Source: Eledone cirrhosa (lineage: Eukaryota). Taken from it: DNA of 64,000 nt. Below the pieces are notes generated by a model that saw only the letters and a program-made list of their open reading frames with translations, did not search any database and was not told where the DNA came from. Position 1 is the stretch's first letter. Each line of letters starts with the position of its first letter. The translations under genes were made by a program, and so were the position numbers. Positions 45,092 to 59,736 of this stretch are shown in pieces. The stretch covers positions 40,300,001 through 40,364,000 of the forward strand of contig OZ024753.1 in NCBI GenBank assembly GCA_964016885.1, read 5' to 3'.

Positions 45092-46456
45092 GGTCTGTGT
45101 GTGTTTATGATATATTTTAATGATCTAATAGATCGTATGATGGGATGATGTGTGATATCGTTTCTAATTCTGTGAATTCTATGTTTAAATTGCACCTCCT
45201 GTTACTGAAAAATGGTGACATGTCAGAACATGTGACATAAAACAATCAAGAAACATCCTATAAAATACACCCTTATAAGAACCCGATTTAAACTACGCGT
45301 GTTGAAGCCCCAACAACAACAATAACAACAAGTTCTTGGCGTAATATCTTGGTTTATTCATAAGTGTGGGGTGATGTGCATGTATATAGACAGGGAGAAT
45401 TATATATCTATATACACATACTCAGAGAGAGTTTCATAAATAGATCATCGTTTGTATGTAAATATTTATATTTAGGTAGAGGAGTGTTTGTAGACATAGA
45501 TATCTATCTATCTATATGAATGTTTTTCTATCTGTTTCCTTCATTGTGTTTGATTTTTATTATGTTTGTAAAATAGAAACAGTTGAGTGAATAAAGATAA
45601 AGAATTTTGTATATTGCTCTATGTTGAGTCACGATGTTAAATTTGTGGCAGGTATCTCATTCTACTGGTGTTTTTCCATTGCCTAAAACTAGATATTCCG
45701 GGAGTGTTCTCTGTAGGTGATTATCGTCCTAGCCTTGATGCACAAGGTTTCATTTAAACCCTCAATTTCTGTGGGTTAATTAACTACTTTTTATAAAGAA
45801 TAATTGTTTCTACATTTGGCACAAGGCCAGCAATTATCCCAGTACATTACTGGTACTTTATTTTATCGACCCCGTAAGGCAAAGTTAAGATCGTAAAGGG
45901 CAGTAACTCTATGTTGCAAAGCATGGCGCCAGACCCTCTACTGATAGTGCTAATTCACCGCCATTTTTCTAAAGAATAATATATGCATTTTAATAAAGTA
46001 AAAAAGGGCATTGAGTTTGCTGAATGGTTAGAGGGAGGAGAAAAAACATCTTACCGCATTCAGAGTTCAAATAGAGCCAAGATCGATGAAATGTTTGCAA
46101 TTGATTACTCAAAATGTGTGATTATTTGCTCAGATATGATCATATATGGTGTAACGCTGTAAGATTTAGTCTAGTTATAGAATACAGTTTACAGTTGCAA
46201 AATGGCAGAAGTGTTCGTTAGAGCATCTAGGGAATTGTATTAAGATATTTATGAGACAGTGCTGCAGTTAGCATGCGTGCGCACATACATGGATTTAAGA
46301 ACATTGTTGTTTCAAAGAAATTGCTAGGGAATCATGGAAACATGGAAAAAAGTAAATACCAGAAAAAAGCCTTTTTTAATGAAAAATACATACACAAGCG
46401 CACCCATCCGTGTGTATATTTATATATATATATATATGTGTGTGTGTCTGTGTGAG

Positions 46457-46534
<78 letters not shown>

Positions 46535-46621
46535 CAATGTCTTCTCACACAACTAAAACATCCTGATCTATTAATCAAAGTAAGAAAATAAATGATTTAA
46601 ACTGAACTTTGATTATTGTAA

Positions 46622-46667
<46 letters not shown>

Positions 46668-46674
46668 TTACAAT

Positions 46675-46978
46675 AATGAGGATGAAAAACTCAGAGCTGT
46701 AAGGGAGCATCCCAAAAGTCAGCTCAAAAGTGACACAGAGGAGACTGAGGTTGGCTGGACATGCTCACCGACATCCAGAGTTGACATTGCACTCAGTGCT
46801 CCTTTGGGAGCCCCTACATGGACACACTAGAAGAGGAAGACCAAGGTTGACATATGTTGATGCCCTAAGGACAGACACTGGTCTGTTGGAGATGCAGGAT
46901 ATGGCAGCGATAATGAGGGACAGAGACCGCTGGAGAGAACTCGTCCATGGATCTCGGGAATTTTACCCGCCTTAGATG
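46675..46978 (+). mobile_element. RTE LINE 3' end, colinear copy
   Basis: KNSEL*GSIPKVSSKVTQRRLRLAGH..REFYPP*; shows the unrearranged order of the 3006 and 5398 copies. Confidence 0.88.
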
Positions 46979-47010
46979 TAGATATATATATATGCATAGA
47001 TATATACATG

Positions 47011-47050
<40 letters not shown>

Positions 47051-47459
47051 CATAATTGTTTCTACTGTTGGCACAAGGCCAGCAATTACCCAGTACATTA
47101 CTGGTACTTTATTTTATCGACCCCGTAAGGATGAAAGGCAAAGTTGACCTCGGCGGGATTTGAACTCAGAATGGCAAGAGCCGTAACTCTATGCTGCAAA
47201 GCATGGCGTCCGACCCTCTGAATAATAGTTAGACAAAGAGAGGAGACAGAAGAAGTGAGAGAAAGACAAATGCGAGAGACGGAATATGTGTGTAAGTGTG
47301 TGTACGTTTGTTTATTTGTGTGTGTGAATGTGTTATTGTAGTTGTGTAGTTGTTTATGTGAGTGTATTTGCGCTAATCAGTGCTGACAATCTCAACATTT
47401 CTTAACTATCTTGTAATCTCAGATCGTGGGAATCGACTTCAACTACATATGTTTCTCTA

Positions 47460-47499
47460 TCTATCTATTCAATATACATATATGTATCATATATATATC

Positions 47500-47545
<46 letters not shown>

Positions 47546-47634
47546 TTGTGTGTGTATATGTCTCTCTATCTACTCATTCAATATATATGCGTCATATATA
47601 TATATATAGAATATATATATATATACATTATATT

Positions 47635-47722
<88 letters not shown>

Positions 47723-47846
47723 TATATATGTATGTATGTGTATGTGTGTGTGTAAGTGTTTGTGTATATATGTATATATGTCTGTATGTATGCATATATG
47801 CAAAACTAGTTGTTAGACCACTGATCTATTCAATATATATATATGT

Positions 47847-47907
<61 letters not shown>

Positions 47908-48010
47908 TTGTGTGTGTATATGTCTCTCTATCTACTCATTCAATATATATGCGTCATATATATATATATACAGTATATATATATATATATTATATATACA
48001 TACATACATA

Positions 48011-48075
<65 letters not shown>

Positions 48076-48150
48076 GTGTGCGTGTGTGTAAGTGTGCGTG
48101 TATATATGTCTGTATGTATGCATATATGCAAAACTAGTTGTTAGACCACT
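47460..48150. repeat. Two-unit tandem duplication (~330-360 bp)
   Basis: Anchors tgtctctctatctactcattcaat and gcaaaactagttgttagaccactga each occur twice. Confidence 0.85.
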
Positions 48151-48247
48151 GAGCGTAGCTGAAACATATTTTAAGACATTGAACAAATGATCTTTCACAC
48201 ACACACATCCATTATGTATATATATTTATATACATAAATATATGTAT

Positions 48248-48325
<78 letters not shown>

Positions 48326-48545
48326 GTACATGCCCTTCTACAAGTATATATCTACTGGTTCACCACGCTCTGTTGCGTTCTGCTTTAAACAAACGTTTTG
48401 TAACATCTCCCTGACAATGCATTACCACAACATCATCGTCATAAACACACACTCCTACGCACCCAAACCCACATACACACACAAATATATGTATATATAT
48501 ATATATTTATATATATATATATGCATATATATATATATATATGCA

Positions 48546-48580
<35 letters not shown>

Positions 48581-48599
48581 GCATATATATATATATATA

Positions 48600-48636
<37 letters not shown>

Positions 48637-48638
48637 TC

Positions 48639-48673
<35 letters not shown>

Positions 48674-48678
48674 TAGAT

Positions 48679-48742
<64 letters not shown>

Positions 48743-48753
48743 TGAGAGAGATG

Positions 48754-48789
<36 letters not shown>

Positions 48790-48878
48790 TAGATTTCAGT
48801 GTGTATGAATGTATGTATGTAAACTGTTGCTGAATGTCAAATTGCGATTTTGATTTACACTTATTCAAGCTATAGATA

Positions 48879-48960
<82 letters not shown>

Positions 48961-49028
48961 CAGGTCGTATGGCGCCTGTTTCTCAGACATGACACCCTTA
49001 ATTTAATTTTGGTTATATATATATATAT

Positions 49029-49420
49029 ATTGTTATACTTGGGGAGGGTCATATTTGTGTAATATTGCCAGAATTAATAACAGAACACACTCACTGTTTG
49101 GTTAGTTTTCGCTTCTCGCTGTCTTTTATATGGTAATCTAACTTACTCGGTCCTCAATGTTGCCATTGACTGACCGACGGTCAAAAATAGATGTGGAACG
49201 TGCAACGAAAGATTTATGATAAACTATATGTATGTGTTTGTGTCTAGATTGTATCTGTATTATTTTTAACCGTCGGTCAGTCAATGGCAACATTGAGGAC
49301 CGAGTAAGTTAGATTACCGATATAAAAGACACAGAAGCGAGAAGGGAAAACCAACCTAACAGTGAGTGTGTTCTGTTATTAATTCTGGCAATATTACACA
49401 AATATGACCCTCCCCAAGTA
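49029..49420. mobile_element. Fold-back module family I (shares terminus with family B)
   Basis: ~160-bp inverted arms; fragments at 25617-25690 and 26308-26465. Confidence 0.6.
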
Positions 49421-49991
49421 TAAAAATATATGTATATATATATATATATATACATTCCTTTGGGTTGGTATCTTAAGGATAATAGAATAATTAAAACATC
49501 GAGTGAGTAGGAAAGCGATCGAAGATTTTTCAGTCCTATTCCGGGTGATTCTGGGTGGGTGTGTTGCGTGCGGATGTAAAATATTACAGATATTAAGGGA
49601 AAGTTAATTGTATTAAAGAAGTGATAGTGCCTCATCCCAGTGATAATTCTCTTATCCACATAGTGCAGCGGAATTCGTTCGTTGTTAAGCCTCTCTTGCT
49701 TTATATCGCCGATGGGCTTCAAAGGATTAATTGCTTAAATGTAACAAATATAATCAAACATGCAATGAGAATTATACACGCATGTTTACACATACCTACA
49801 CTCACAGACACACACAGACACATACAAACACACACACACACACACAGACATTCACAGACACATACAAATATATTTTTATACATATATTTGCATTTACAAA
49901 TTGCATATATGAATTATATATATATACAGTATAATACATACATAAATAGACGCACATACACACACATAAATGTACACACACACACATAAAT

Positions 49992-50030
<39 letters not shown>

Positions 50031-50646
50031 TACATAAATAAATATTTTCTGCGAAGAGTATTTATTAAATTAGCAAGCTGGCTAAACTGAAAATAAACAG
50101 ATATAAAGGTAAGTTAATAATGGGCGTCAAAATATGGTAAAGCGAAAATGCCTAAAGGGAGCGCCCAGCACAAAATAAGTCTCACCATTTTAATAAGGCA
50201 TGTGGGTAGACGCTTCAGTCAACGTTGAGCCTCTCCCCGCAATTTCAAGGCCGAGACTCCCTTTAGGGCTGTCCAAGGGATTATATATATATATTTGTGG
50301 TGGTGGGGTGTTATGCAGTCAATAAATATACACACCTGTTGGTTTTCACTTCAATCTATTATAAACCTCATGTTTGTTAGTATAATAACCGGATGGTTGT
50401 TTATTTGTGTATTGACAAAGTTCTTTCGTCACACGTTCTGTAACCTCCTCAGTGACTAATTTGCTATTTTGTGTGTCTCTTTTGGTCTGTAATATACGAT
50501 CTTTTTTGGTGAAGAAATTGGGTATAATGCAAATTTCTTAATAAATGCCAAGAAGCTCAATATATTAACCACTTATGGATGAATGCACAGAATTATATAT
50601 ATATATACGTACATACAAACATATATATATATATATGTGTGTGTGA

Positions 50647-50677
<31 letters not shown>

Positions 50678-51021
50678 CATACATATACGTATATACACAC
50701 ACATACATACATGGATTTCGGATCAGTTTCGTTTTACAAAATCTATCATACACTTTATTTTTCAATACAAACGAACAAATATATTTGCATAAGGAAATGC
50801 TCAGTGGTATCGATCCCAGCACAAGCGTATGGTTTAAGCATATAGACATACAAGTGCTTATTTGGCTGCTATTTCTTGCATATTGAGCTACCATATATAC
50901 GTATCCACGTGGTCATGTGACTTGTTTATTGCTGGCTGGTGTGAGTTTAGATATTTGATTACATGTGATATAAGGTGTAGGAATGTATACCTTCATTCAT
51001 AGATTTATGCTATGTGTACGC

Positions 51022-51126
<105 letters not shown>

Positions 51127-51202
51127 TATATATATATATATATTATATTATATATATATATATATTTTATATTATATTATATATATATAAATATATATAT
51201 AA

Positions 51203-51291
<89 letters not shown>

Positions 51292-51584
51292 ATATATATA
51301 TGCATACATAGGTGTATATTATATATATGTGTATGTATATGAACGTATATGTCTGATTGTTAAAAATATGTTTAGTAAATGTATAAATATTGTAGACTGT
51401 TTTACATCGAACCTGTATACACACATACGTACACACATGCACATATATATACAAACACACACACACACATATATACATACACACATATATACATACACAT
51501 GTATATATATGTATATATTTATATTTATATGTTTGTATAAAATATATATAAATTGAGTTCAGATGCATCACTGATTTTTCGTTT

Positions 51585-51661
<77 letters not shown>

Positions 51662-51900
51662 TGTGTTTGTGTGTGTCCGTACATATGTGTGTGTATATAT
51701 GCAGGTGTATTTGTGAGGTTGTATGTAGATATATATATAAATACATATATGTCTGTAAAAATATTTGCGTCTGTGTCTAACGTGCATATAGTTGACTTGT
51801 TTAGTTTGACACTGCATATATATACAGACACATATCTCTCTACCTCTCTTTCTTACCCTCTATCTGTCTCTCTCTCACTCTCCCCCTCTGTCTCTCTCTC

Positions 51901-51993
<93 letters not shown>

Positions 51994-52051
51994 GAATGTA
52001 TGTGTATACACACACATATGTATTATATTTTTCTATCTACCTCTCTTTCTT

Positions 52052-52132
<81 letters not shown>

Positions 52133-52137
52133 ATATT

Positions 52138-52174
<37 letters not shown>

Positions 52175-52559
52175 TCGTGAATGTATGTGTTGTTTTCTGT
52201 GTGTGTTTATGTGTGTCTTGTGAGTGAAAACGACAACGTCGATTTGGAGGGATTTTCAAAGCAGGTGCCTGATTAGATAAATTGAACAATGAAGCTGTGG
52301 TCAGGTAAAGACTGTGTGGCGCCGGACTGCCGTGAGACCGGGTGGGTGACGTGCCTACCACGCACTGACTCGGCTCAGATATGGCGGAGACGATGCGGTG
52401 GTGGCGGTAGAGGTGGGGACGGTGTGTGTATTTGTGTGAGAGGGGGGTGGAAGGCACCTTTTATTTATTTTTTACAGCACTTGGAGCGAGGGCGGTGTAT
52501 TGAAAGCTATTTTATTATCTCTCATTCTCTCACTGTTTCCTATTCCTATCTATACCCCC

Positions 52560-52594
<35 letters not shown>

Positions 52595-52663
52595 CACCCT
52601 CTCTCTCTCGTTCACTCTCTCTCTCTCTCACTATTTCCTATCTCTGTTCCGCTCTCTCTGTTC

Positions 52664-52699
<36 letters not shown>

Positions 52700-52744
52700 C
52701 TGTTTCTGATCTATGTTCCCCTCTCTCTCTCTCTCCATCTCTGC

Positions 52745-52829
<85 letters not shown>

Positions 52830-53184
52830 GTCTGTCTCTCTTTCTCTCTGTCTCTGTAGATAGTAAGTTGTGGGTGGAGAGATGTGGTTTGTGTTTGTTG
52901 GTGTTGGTTTGTATTAGTGTTCTAGTCTATACCTATAGATAAATAGATACATAGATCAACATACAAACAGATAGATATGTAGAAACAGAGATTGCGTATA
53001 TGTGTATAGAGTGAGAAACACACACACACACACACACATATACATTAAGCTAATATACTTCTTCCATGTTCTGTGTCGTTTGTTTTGTTATTTCTGTTTA
53101 CCTTTTACATACCTACATATACATACTTACACATACACATATAAACAAATACAAACAGGCACACACTTACACAAAAACACACAA

Positions 53185-53246
<62 letters not shown>

Positions 53247-53404
53247 ATATACACGTGTGTGTGTGTGTCTGTTTGTTTGTTTTGGGAGACTCCTTGTGTA
53301 AAATCCTGTGTTGAAACAGATACATGGGGATAGTCATGTTGACAATAAAAGCACATGTTTTGTTTGATTGTCACTTCACCTTTTTTATTAGTTATTAGAT
53401 AGTT

Positions 53405-54335
53405 CTTCAGAAGGATTTCATCACACATTCTGTGACCTCCTCAATGGCTACGTGTATAGGCATTTTACCATATTGTACCATATATTTTATTGTTTATACT
53501 AAGGAGACAAAGTGATGCACAAAGAAATATTTGTTTCTACTTTTGGCACAAGGCCAGCAATTAACCAGTGCATTACTGGTACTTTATTTTATCGACGCCG
53601 TAAGGATGAAAGGCAAAGTTAACCTGGGCGGGATTTGAACTCAGAATGGAAAGGGCCGTAACTCTATGCTGCAAAGCATGGTGTCCGACACTACTGTTAC
53701 TACCAATAGCACCACATTACTTCAATTTTGAATGTAGGTTTATAATTATTAATTTTCAATAGATTTACATAGCTGTCTCGGTAGCCTAGTGGAAGGTACC
53801 ATAGACGACACAGGTCCTGGTCTGGAGTTCGAACTTCGCTAGGGTTCCCGGTCATTGTTTATTCCTAAAGGATGTAGAATAAAAACTAAAATCGATTATA
53901 TGAACCCTTGACCAGGATTGAACCCAAGACCAGGATCTCAACCGTCCCTATCACCTACCGCTGGTCTACTGAGACAGCTACGAAAATCATATAGAAATTC
54001 ATATTTAGTATAGGCACAAGGCCAGTAATTTTTTTTTAGTGGGGTGGGTGGGTGGGTGGGGGGGGGTTGATTTCAGAAGGATTTCATCACACATTCTGTG
54101 ACCTCCTCAATGGCTATGTGTATAGGCATTTTACCATATTGTACCATATATCTTATTGTTTATACTAAGGAGACAAAGTGATGCACAAAGAAATATTTGT
54201 TTCTACTTTTGGCACAAGGCCAGCAATTAAACAGTGCATTACTGGTACTTTATTTTATCGACGCCGTAAGGATGAAAGGCAAAGTTAACCTGGGCGGGAT
54301 TTGAACTCAGAATGGAAAGGGCCGTAACTCTATGC
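53405..54335. repeat. Direct duplication of ~265 bp (53405-53669, 54071-54334)
   Basis: Family B remnant, unique spacer and SINE are duplicated together. Confidence 0.85.
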
Positions 54336-54816
54336 GTCAAAGCATGGCGTCCTACCCTCTACCGATACTGCCAATCCACATCACAATTAATTATAACTGT
54401 TTTGTATTATCGTATGTACAGACCGAATGATCTTCCAGGCCGGTCGTTTGGTCAGTTTCTCCACAAATGTTCGTTTTGTGGTTAAAACAAATGCAACATC
54501 TAGCTAAAGAGAGAGTCCCAACGTAGTCACGTGAGCTTCCCAAAATAACAGCGACATTTTCAACTCTCCCACTTAGAAGGAACCCGTAATACAATGTGGT
54601 CCTAGATTCTCTGAAGTAGGGACTTAGCAACAAAAATAACAATAACAAATTATAAAAGTGGCGTCGAAGTAGATTTTCTAGCTGCTAAAATTAGCAACCA
54701 ATTATCCCACACACTGCTCCCATTCGTTTTAGAAGAAGATACATTGTACAATGTACTACTGTGTTCCTTCCACTTAGGAAAAAGAGAGGAGCACCACTGG
54801 AATGCTTTTGATCATA

Positions 54817-54895
54817 TAAGGGTTGTGTGAAAAGTTCATAGGCTGGTTAAGACACTGTAATGGAATGACCAAATGAGGTTTATTTTTCAATATAT
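54817..54895. mobile_element. Tc1/mariner-like MITE family (also 56176-56340, 63287-63455)
   Basis: Shared atggaatgaccaaatgaggtttattttt core; termini gaggg..tgaaaagtt / aacttttt..accc with flanking TA. Confidence 0.5.
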
Positions 54896-54906
54896 TGCAT
54901 GGAAAG

Positions 54907-54973
<67 letters not shown>

Positions 54974-54977
<4 letters not shown>

Positions 54978-55238
54978 ATTTTATAGAAGGAGCTTCTACA
55001 GGACTAGTACTGTTTCATTCAGATGAAATCTTCAGGAAGCTGGGTGTCAAATTAAGTTCTGGTATTTATACATTTAAATACCAGAACTTAATTTGACACC
55101 CAGCTTCCTGAAGATTTCATCTGAATGAAACAGTACTAGTCCTGTAGAAGCTCCTTCTATAAAATAAACATTTTTTACTCTGCCATGTATTGAGTACCTT
55201 ACTTACTGTGGTTATCCCCGACTCAACCCGGGACCTAC
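54974..55238. mobile_element. Fold-back module family G with hammerhead-like core
   Basis: AGCTTC-CTGAAGA-TTTCA tc TGAAT-GAAA-CAGTACTAG-TC-ctgta-GAAGCT at ~55102-55152 and its mirror; fragments at 19930-19990 and 23890-24050. Confidence 0.55.
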
Positions 55239-55263
55239 GTATATATATATATATATATATATA

Positions 55264-55655
55264 CGATATTAATAAATGGAAACTATATTTATAAAACCAT
55301 ATTTATTTCATTATACATATTTCAGGGATACCACATTAAATTATGGTATGCCTTCATCAGACAAAATACAATATATAACAGTTTTACAAATAGCTTTAAC
55401 ATAATGGTTGCATTTTAAAAGGGTATGTCAAAGCTATTTGTAAAACTGTTATATATTGTATTTTATCTGATGAAGGCATACCATAATTTAATGTGGTATC
55501 CCTGAAATATGTATAATGAAATAAATTTGGTTTTATAAATATAGTTTCCATTTATTAATATCGTATATCTACTCCAAAAACTTGTCGAGTGCTTTATATC
55601 AGTTATAAAAATATTTACTTGTTGTATCCCAACAACTTTAAATAGAACTTTTGCA
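55264..55655. mobile_element. Family C fold-back with two hammerheads (55304-55368 minus, 55459-55523 plus)
   Basis: Near-identical to 15797-16224. Confidence 0.75.
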
Positions 55656-55684
55656 TATATATATATATATATATATATATACTA

Positions 55685-56115
55685 TATAAGATCAAAAGAT
55701 GGTTAAATGAGTTCCATGTATTTTATTATGCGCATTTCAAAAACAAATATCATCATGCAATAACATTTGTGTTTTCATCAGATAAAATAGGAGGACATGA
55801 TATGAAGGTTAAAAACACTTGTGGATAGTGCAGTTTTAAATCAACATATGTTGATAACATGATATGTCGATTTAAAACTGCACTATCCACAAGTGTTTTT
55901 AACCTTCATATCATGTCCTCCTATTTTATCTGATGAAAACACAAATGTTATTGCATGATGATATTTGTTTTTGAAATGCGCATAATAAAATACATGGAAC
56001 TCATTTAAACATCTTTTGATCTTATATATTATGTATACTCCAGTCCTACAAACTGTAGAGTGCTTCTTATCCGATATCTGCATTGCTTTATTGTACTACA
56101 ATAAAACCCACCTTC

Positions 56116-56119
<4 letters not shown>
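55685..56119. mobile_element. Family D fold-back with two hammerheads (55719-55789 minus, 55922-55992 plus)
   Basis: TATTTTAT-CTGATGA..GAAA-TGCGCA-TA-ATAAAATA. Confidence 0.78.
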
Positions 56120-56167
<48 letters not shown>

Positions 56168-56864
56168 CACACATGTGAGGTGATTGAACAGTTCAGAGGT
56201 TGACCAAGATAGACTCATGGAATGTCTAAATGAGGTTTATTTTTCAGCATAGTCCATGACAATATTAATGCACGCAAGCTTTCACAGCTCTAGCATCAAT
56301 ATTTCATAGTGAACCTATTAACTTTTTAGCCTACCCTAGTATGTCTGTCTGTTCGACCAACGTTTTAATTGATGGCGAGAAAAAAGAGACTAAACAAGTC
56401 CAGCTGCAAGTCCAATTGTAACACACAATAATTGTTTCTACTTTTGGCACAAGGCCAGCAATTATCTTAATGTATTACTGGTACTTTATTTTATCGACCC
56501 CGTAAGGATGAAATGCAAAGTTAAGCTCGGCGGGATTTGAACGCAATCCGTAAAGGGACGTAACTGTGCTGCAAAGCATGGCGTCCGACTCTCTACCGAT
56601 ACTGCCAACGCACCGCACACAATAATAACATATAAACATACAAAAGATGTTATGCAACAAACAATTTAACGATTCATTTAAGCGGACATACAGACAAATA
56701 TATGCTATTGTTTGTATCGGGGACATATTTCCACTTGATGTTATTAATAATATACGTGTCACTTCTAGGTTATTGACCAGCTAGTTATGGTGATGGGGGG
56801 GGGGGGGGGGGGGAGTATGGGAAAAAAATCAGATTATTTTTAGTTTAAATTTACGTCATGTTTT

Positions 56865-57620
56865 GTCAGTGGAGCATCGGAGAAAATTCTTTGCGGTATT
56901 TTGTTTTATGTTACGAAGTTCAAAACCCGTCGAGTCAACCTTTTCTTTTATCTTTCAGGCGTCGATAAAATAAAGTACCAGTAACGTACTGTGGTCGATC
57001 TACTTACCCCACCCTTCAAATTTCTGGTCTCGTACCAACAGTAGAAACAATTATTTTACTCCAAGTGTGGCGGATTGGCAGTATCGTTAAAGCGTCAGAT
57101 AACACTATGGGGTCGATAAAATAAAGTACTAGTAACTTACTGGGGTCGATTTAATCGATATTTCATTCCATTTAAATTGTTGGCCTTGAACTTAAATCAG
57201 AAACCATTATTATTATTATTTGATAAAGGCAGTGGATTCTTAGTATCGGTAGGGCGCCGAACACCATGCTTTGCAGCACAGAGTTACGGCCCTTTATGAT
57301 CTGAGTTCAAATCCCGCCGAGGTTAACTTTGCTTTTCATCCTTATGGGGTCGATAAAATAAAGTACCAGTAATGCACTTGTGCCAAAAGTAGAAACAATT
57401 AATATTTGATAAAGGGTGATGGATTGCCACTATCTGTAGAGCACAGGAAAACATGTTTGGTCCTTTTCATTCTAAGTTCAAATCTCATCGAGATTAGCTG
57501 TGTCTTTCCTCTTCATGGGTTCGATTAATATAAAGTACTAGTCACGTATTGAGGTCGATATAATAAACTTTCCCCCGCCCCACAAATTGATGGCCTTGTA
57601 CCTAAATCAGAAACTATAAT
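56865..57620 (+). mobile_element. Head-to-tail cluster of ~4 diverged tRNA-SINEs
   Basis: Repeated gtcgataaaataaagtac..agaaac.att bodies. Confidence 0.8.
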
Positions 57621-58195
57621 TTGATAATGCTAATGTACTAAGATATTTTGCAAGTCGCTCCTCATAGAATAGTATTTACTGAAATTACAATTCAAAGAAT
57701 TTGTAGAAATTCTCGTTTGTCATCTCATCAGATTTAATCTCGGCCTCATACCTTCTATACAACAATGGCCATGAAAATACTGAGCCACGCCTCTATGAAT
57801 AAATTAACCAGGACGAAAACAACAAAATCTTCAACATAATAATAATAATAATAATTTAATTATAAAGCAAAATGTTAATGTCGAAAACGCAGAACAACAA
57901 TTTCTAACACCCCACCATCCCTTCAACCCTATCAGTTCAAACAACACGAGTGAAAATGTCAACAACAACATCAATTGTACTGACATATACATATGACTTA
58001 TGTCAAACGAAGATATTTCGACACCTTAACATGTAACTGGCATATTTGTGTGAGTACCGAATAACACGGAATAGTTAGTCATGAATTGGCTTCCGGAGAA
58101 ATATTAATTGTAGGACAAACACATTTCGAAATGTGTCCATTAGCTTATCACAAATCTACACATCTACACAGACAGTAGCAAGCAATATATGTATG

Positions 58196-58280
<85 letters not shown>

Positions 58281-58496
58281 ACACATGCACACAAACTATA
58301 ATATATATATATAACGAAGGAAATGTGGTAAGGAACCAGGTGGACCATAACGCACCAAATTACTCAATATTTAGGGTAGTAGAGTGGGTAATAGGAACGA
58401 GTAGGACCCCGACGGCTGAGCTCAAGCTGTTTCGACGGCTAATTCAGAATTAGCCGTCGAAACGGCTTGAGCTCAGCCGTCGGGGTCCTACTCGTT

Positions 58497-58530
<34 letters not shown>

Positions 58531-58767
58531 TAAAAATTAGCGAGAATCGAATTTCAGCCCATGAAATAACGAAAAAACACTTTCGAATTGTGAGGCAAGC
58601 GCTCGATAATTCAAATGAATTAGAGCTTACAACTTACGTTAAAGGCCAAACACACTGAGATGGTGTTTAAACTAATTATCCACACAGCGAAGATTCGATC
58701 TCTTATTTCGGGTCAAACAGATATACAGATATAAAAATATATGAAAGCATAAATGTTTGGTACTCAC

Positions 58768-58830
58768 CGGACCCCTGGAATGATGGTAAAGTCCAGTGTT
58801 GGGGTTTCTGCGGCTCCATAAGTCATTTAC
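58768..58830 (-). other. Candidate exon end with strong splice donor
   Basis: Minus strand ..ggggtccg|GTGAGTA at 58768/58767 in unique, balanced-GC sequence; short open frames MEPQKPQHWTLPSFQGS or MTYGAAETPTLDFTIIPGV. Confidence 0.3.
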
Positions 58831-59047
58831 TGTCCACTTACATAAAGTATGTTAAGTTTCTTGTATCCTGACTGAACTAGGAGTGCGCTTTATCAACGGG
58901 ATTCAGTTCGAAAGACCACATAGCTGTGTCTGTAATTGACCCCACGTGGGGTTCAGCAAGGGAGACAACACCTAAATTAGGCGATTTAATTCATCTGTGT
59001 ATAATATTGCGAAAATGCAAAATATCACAAATCGAATGAAGCTATAT

Positions 59048-59555
59048 ATCATCATCATCATCTTTTAACGTCCATCTTCCACGCTAGCATGGGTTTGGAC
59101 GGTAATTTTTCCACTTGAGGCAAGATTGGTTGTCTTGCTCGTATAGGACTGTCTGGCGGGTTTTCTATGGCTGGATGCCCTTCCTAACACCAACCACATT
59201 ACAGCGTGGACTGTGTGTTTTTTGTCGTGACACCTACACGACCTTATTTATTTAGGACTAGATGTTGTGGTACCAACATAACTTTACATCGAAAGAGGTG
59301 GTGTGGATGGGGTGGGGGTAGTGGGACGGGGTGTATTTTAGTAAGAGGTGCCTACTGACTGTAGGTTTCGCTTTGCACTTAGGCAAGGCGGGTCTTCTGT
59401 ATTACTGCGTAGCGCCAAAGATCTCGGCCCAGTGACATTGTCTTGGAGAGGTGTAAGTGTGTGAGGTCGGAATTTATCAAGTCGTCCCAGGTTTTTCTGG
59501 GTCTGCCTACTCCGTGGCTACCGTCTATTTTGATCGCCCTGCACTTTTTTATAGA
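59048..59555 (-). mobile_element. RTE LINE 3' end with 3'UTR and (GAT)n tail
   Basis: Minus strand KKCRAIKIDGSHGVGRPRKTWDDLINSDL..RDLWRYAV; catcatcat tail at 59048-59062. Confidence 0.8.
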
Positions 59556-59556
59556 G

Positions 59557-59608
<52 letters not shown>

Positions 59609-59689
59609 CAAATATTTATTATAAGAACATATTAAAGTTTATGTAGCGTTTCTTACCTTAAACTTTAATCTGTTCTTACAATATATATG

Positions 59690-59736
<47 letters not shown>

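Noticed and set aside
49290-49360. TTGAGGA..GAAA in family I
   Set aside because: Stems II and III could not be built.
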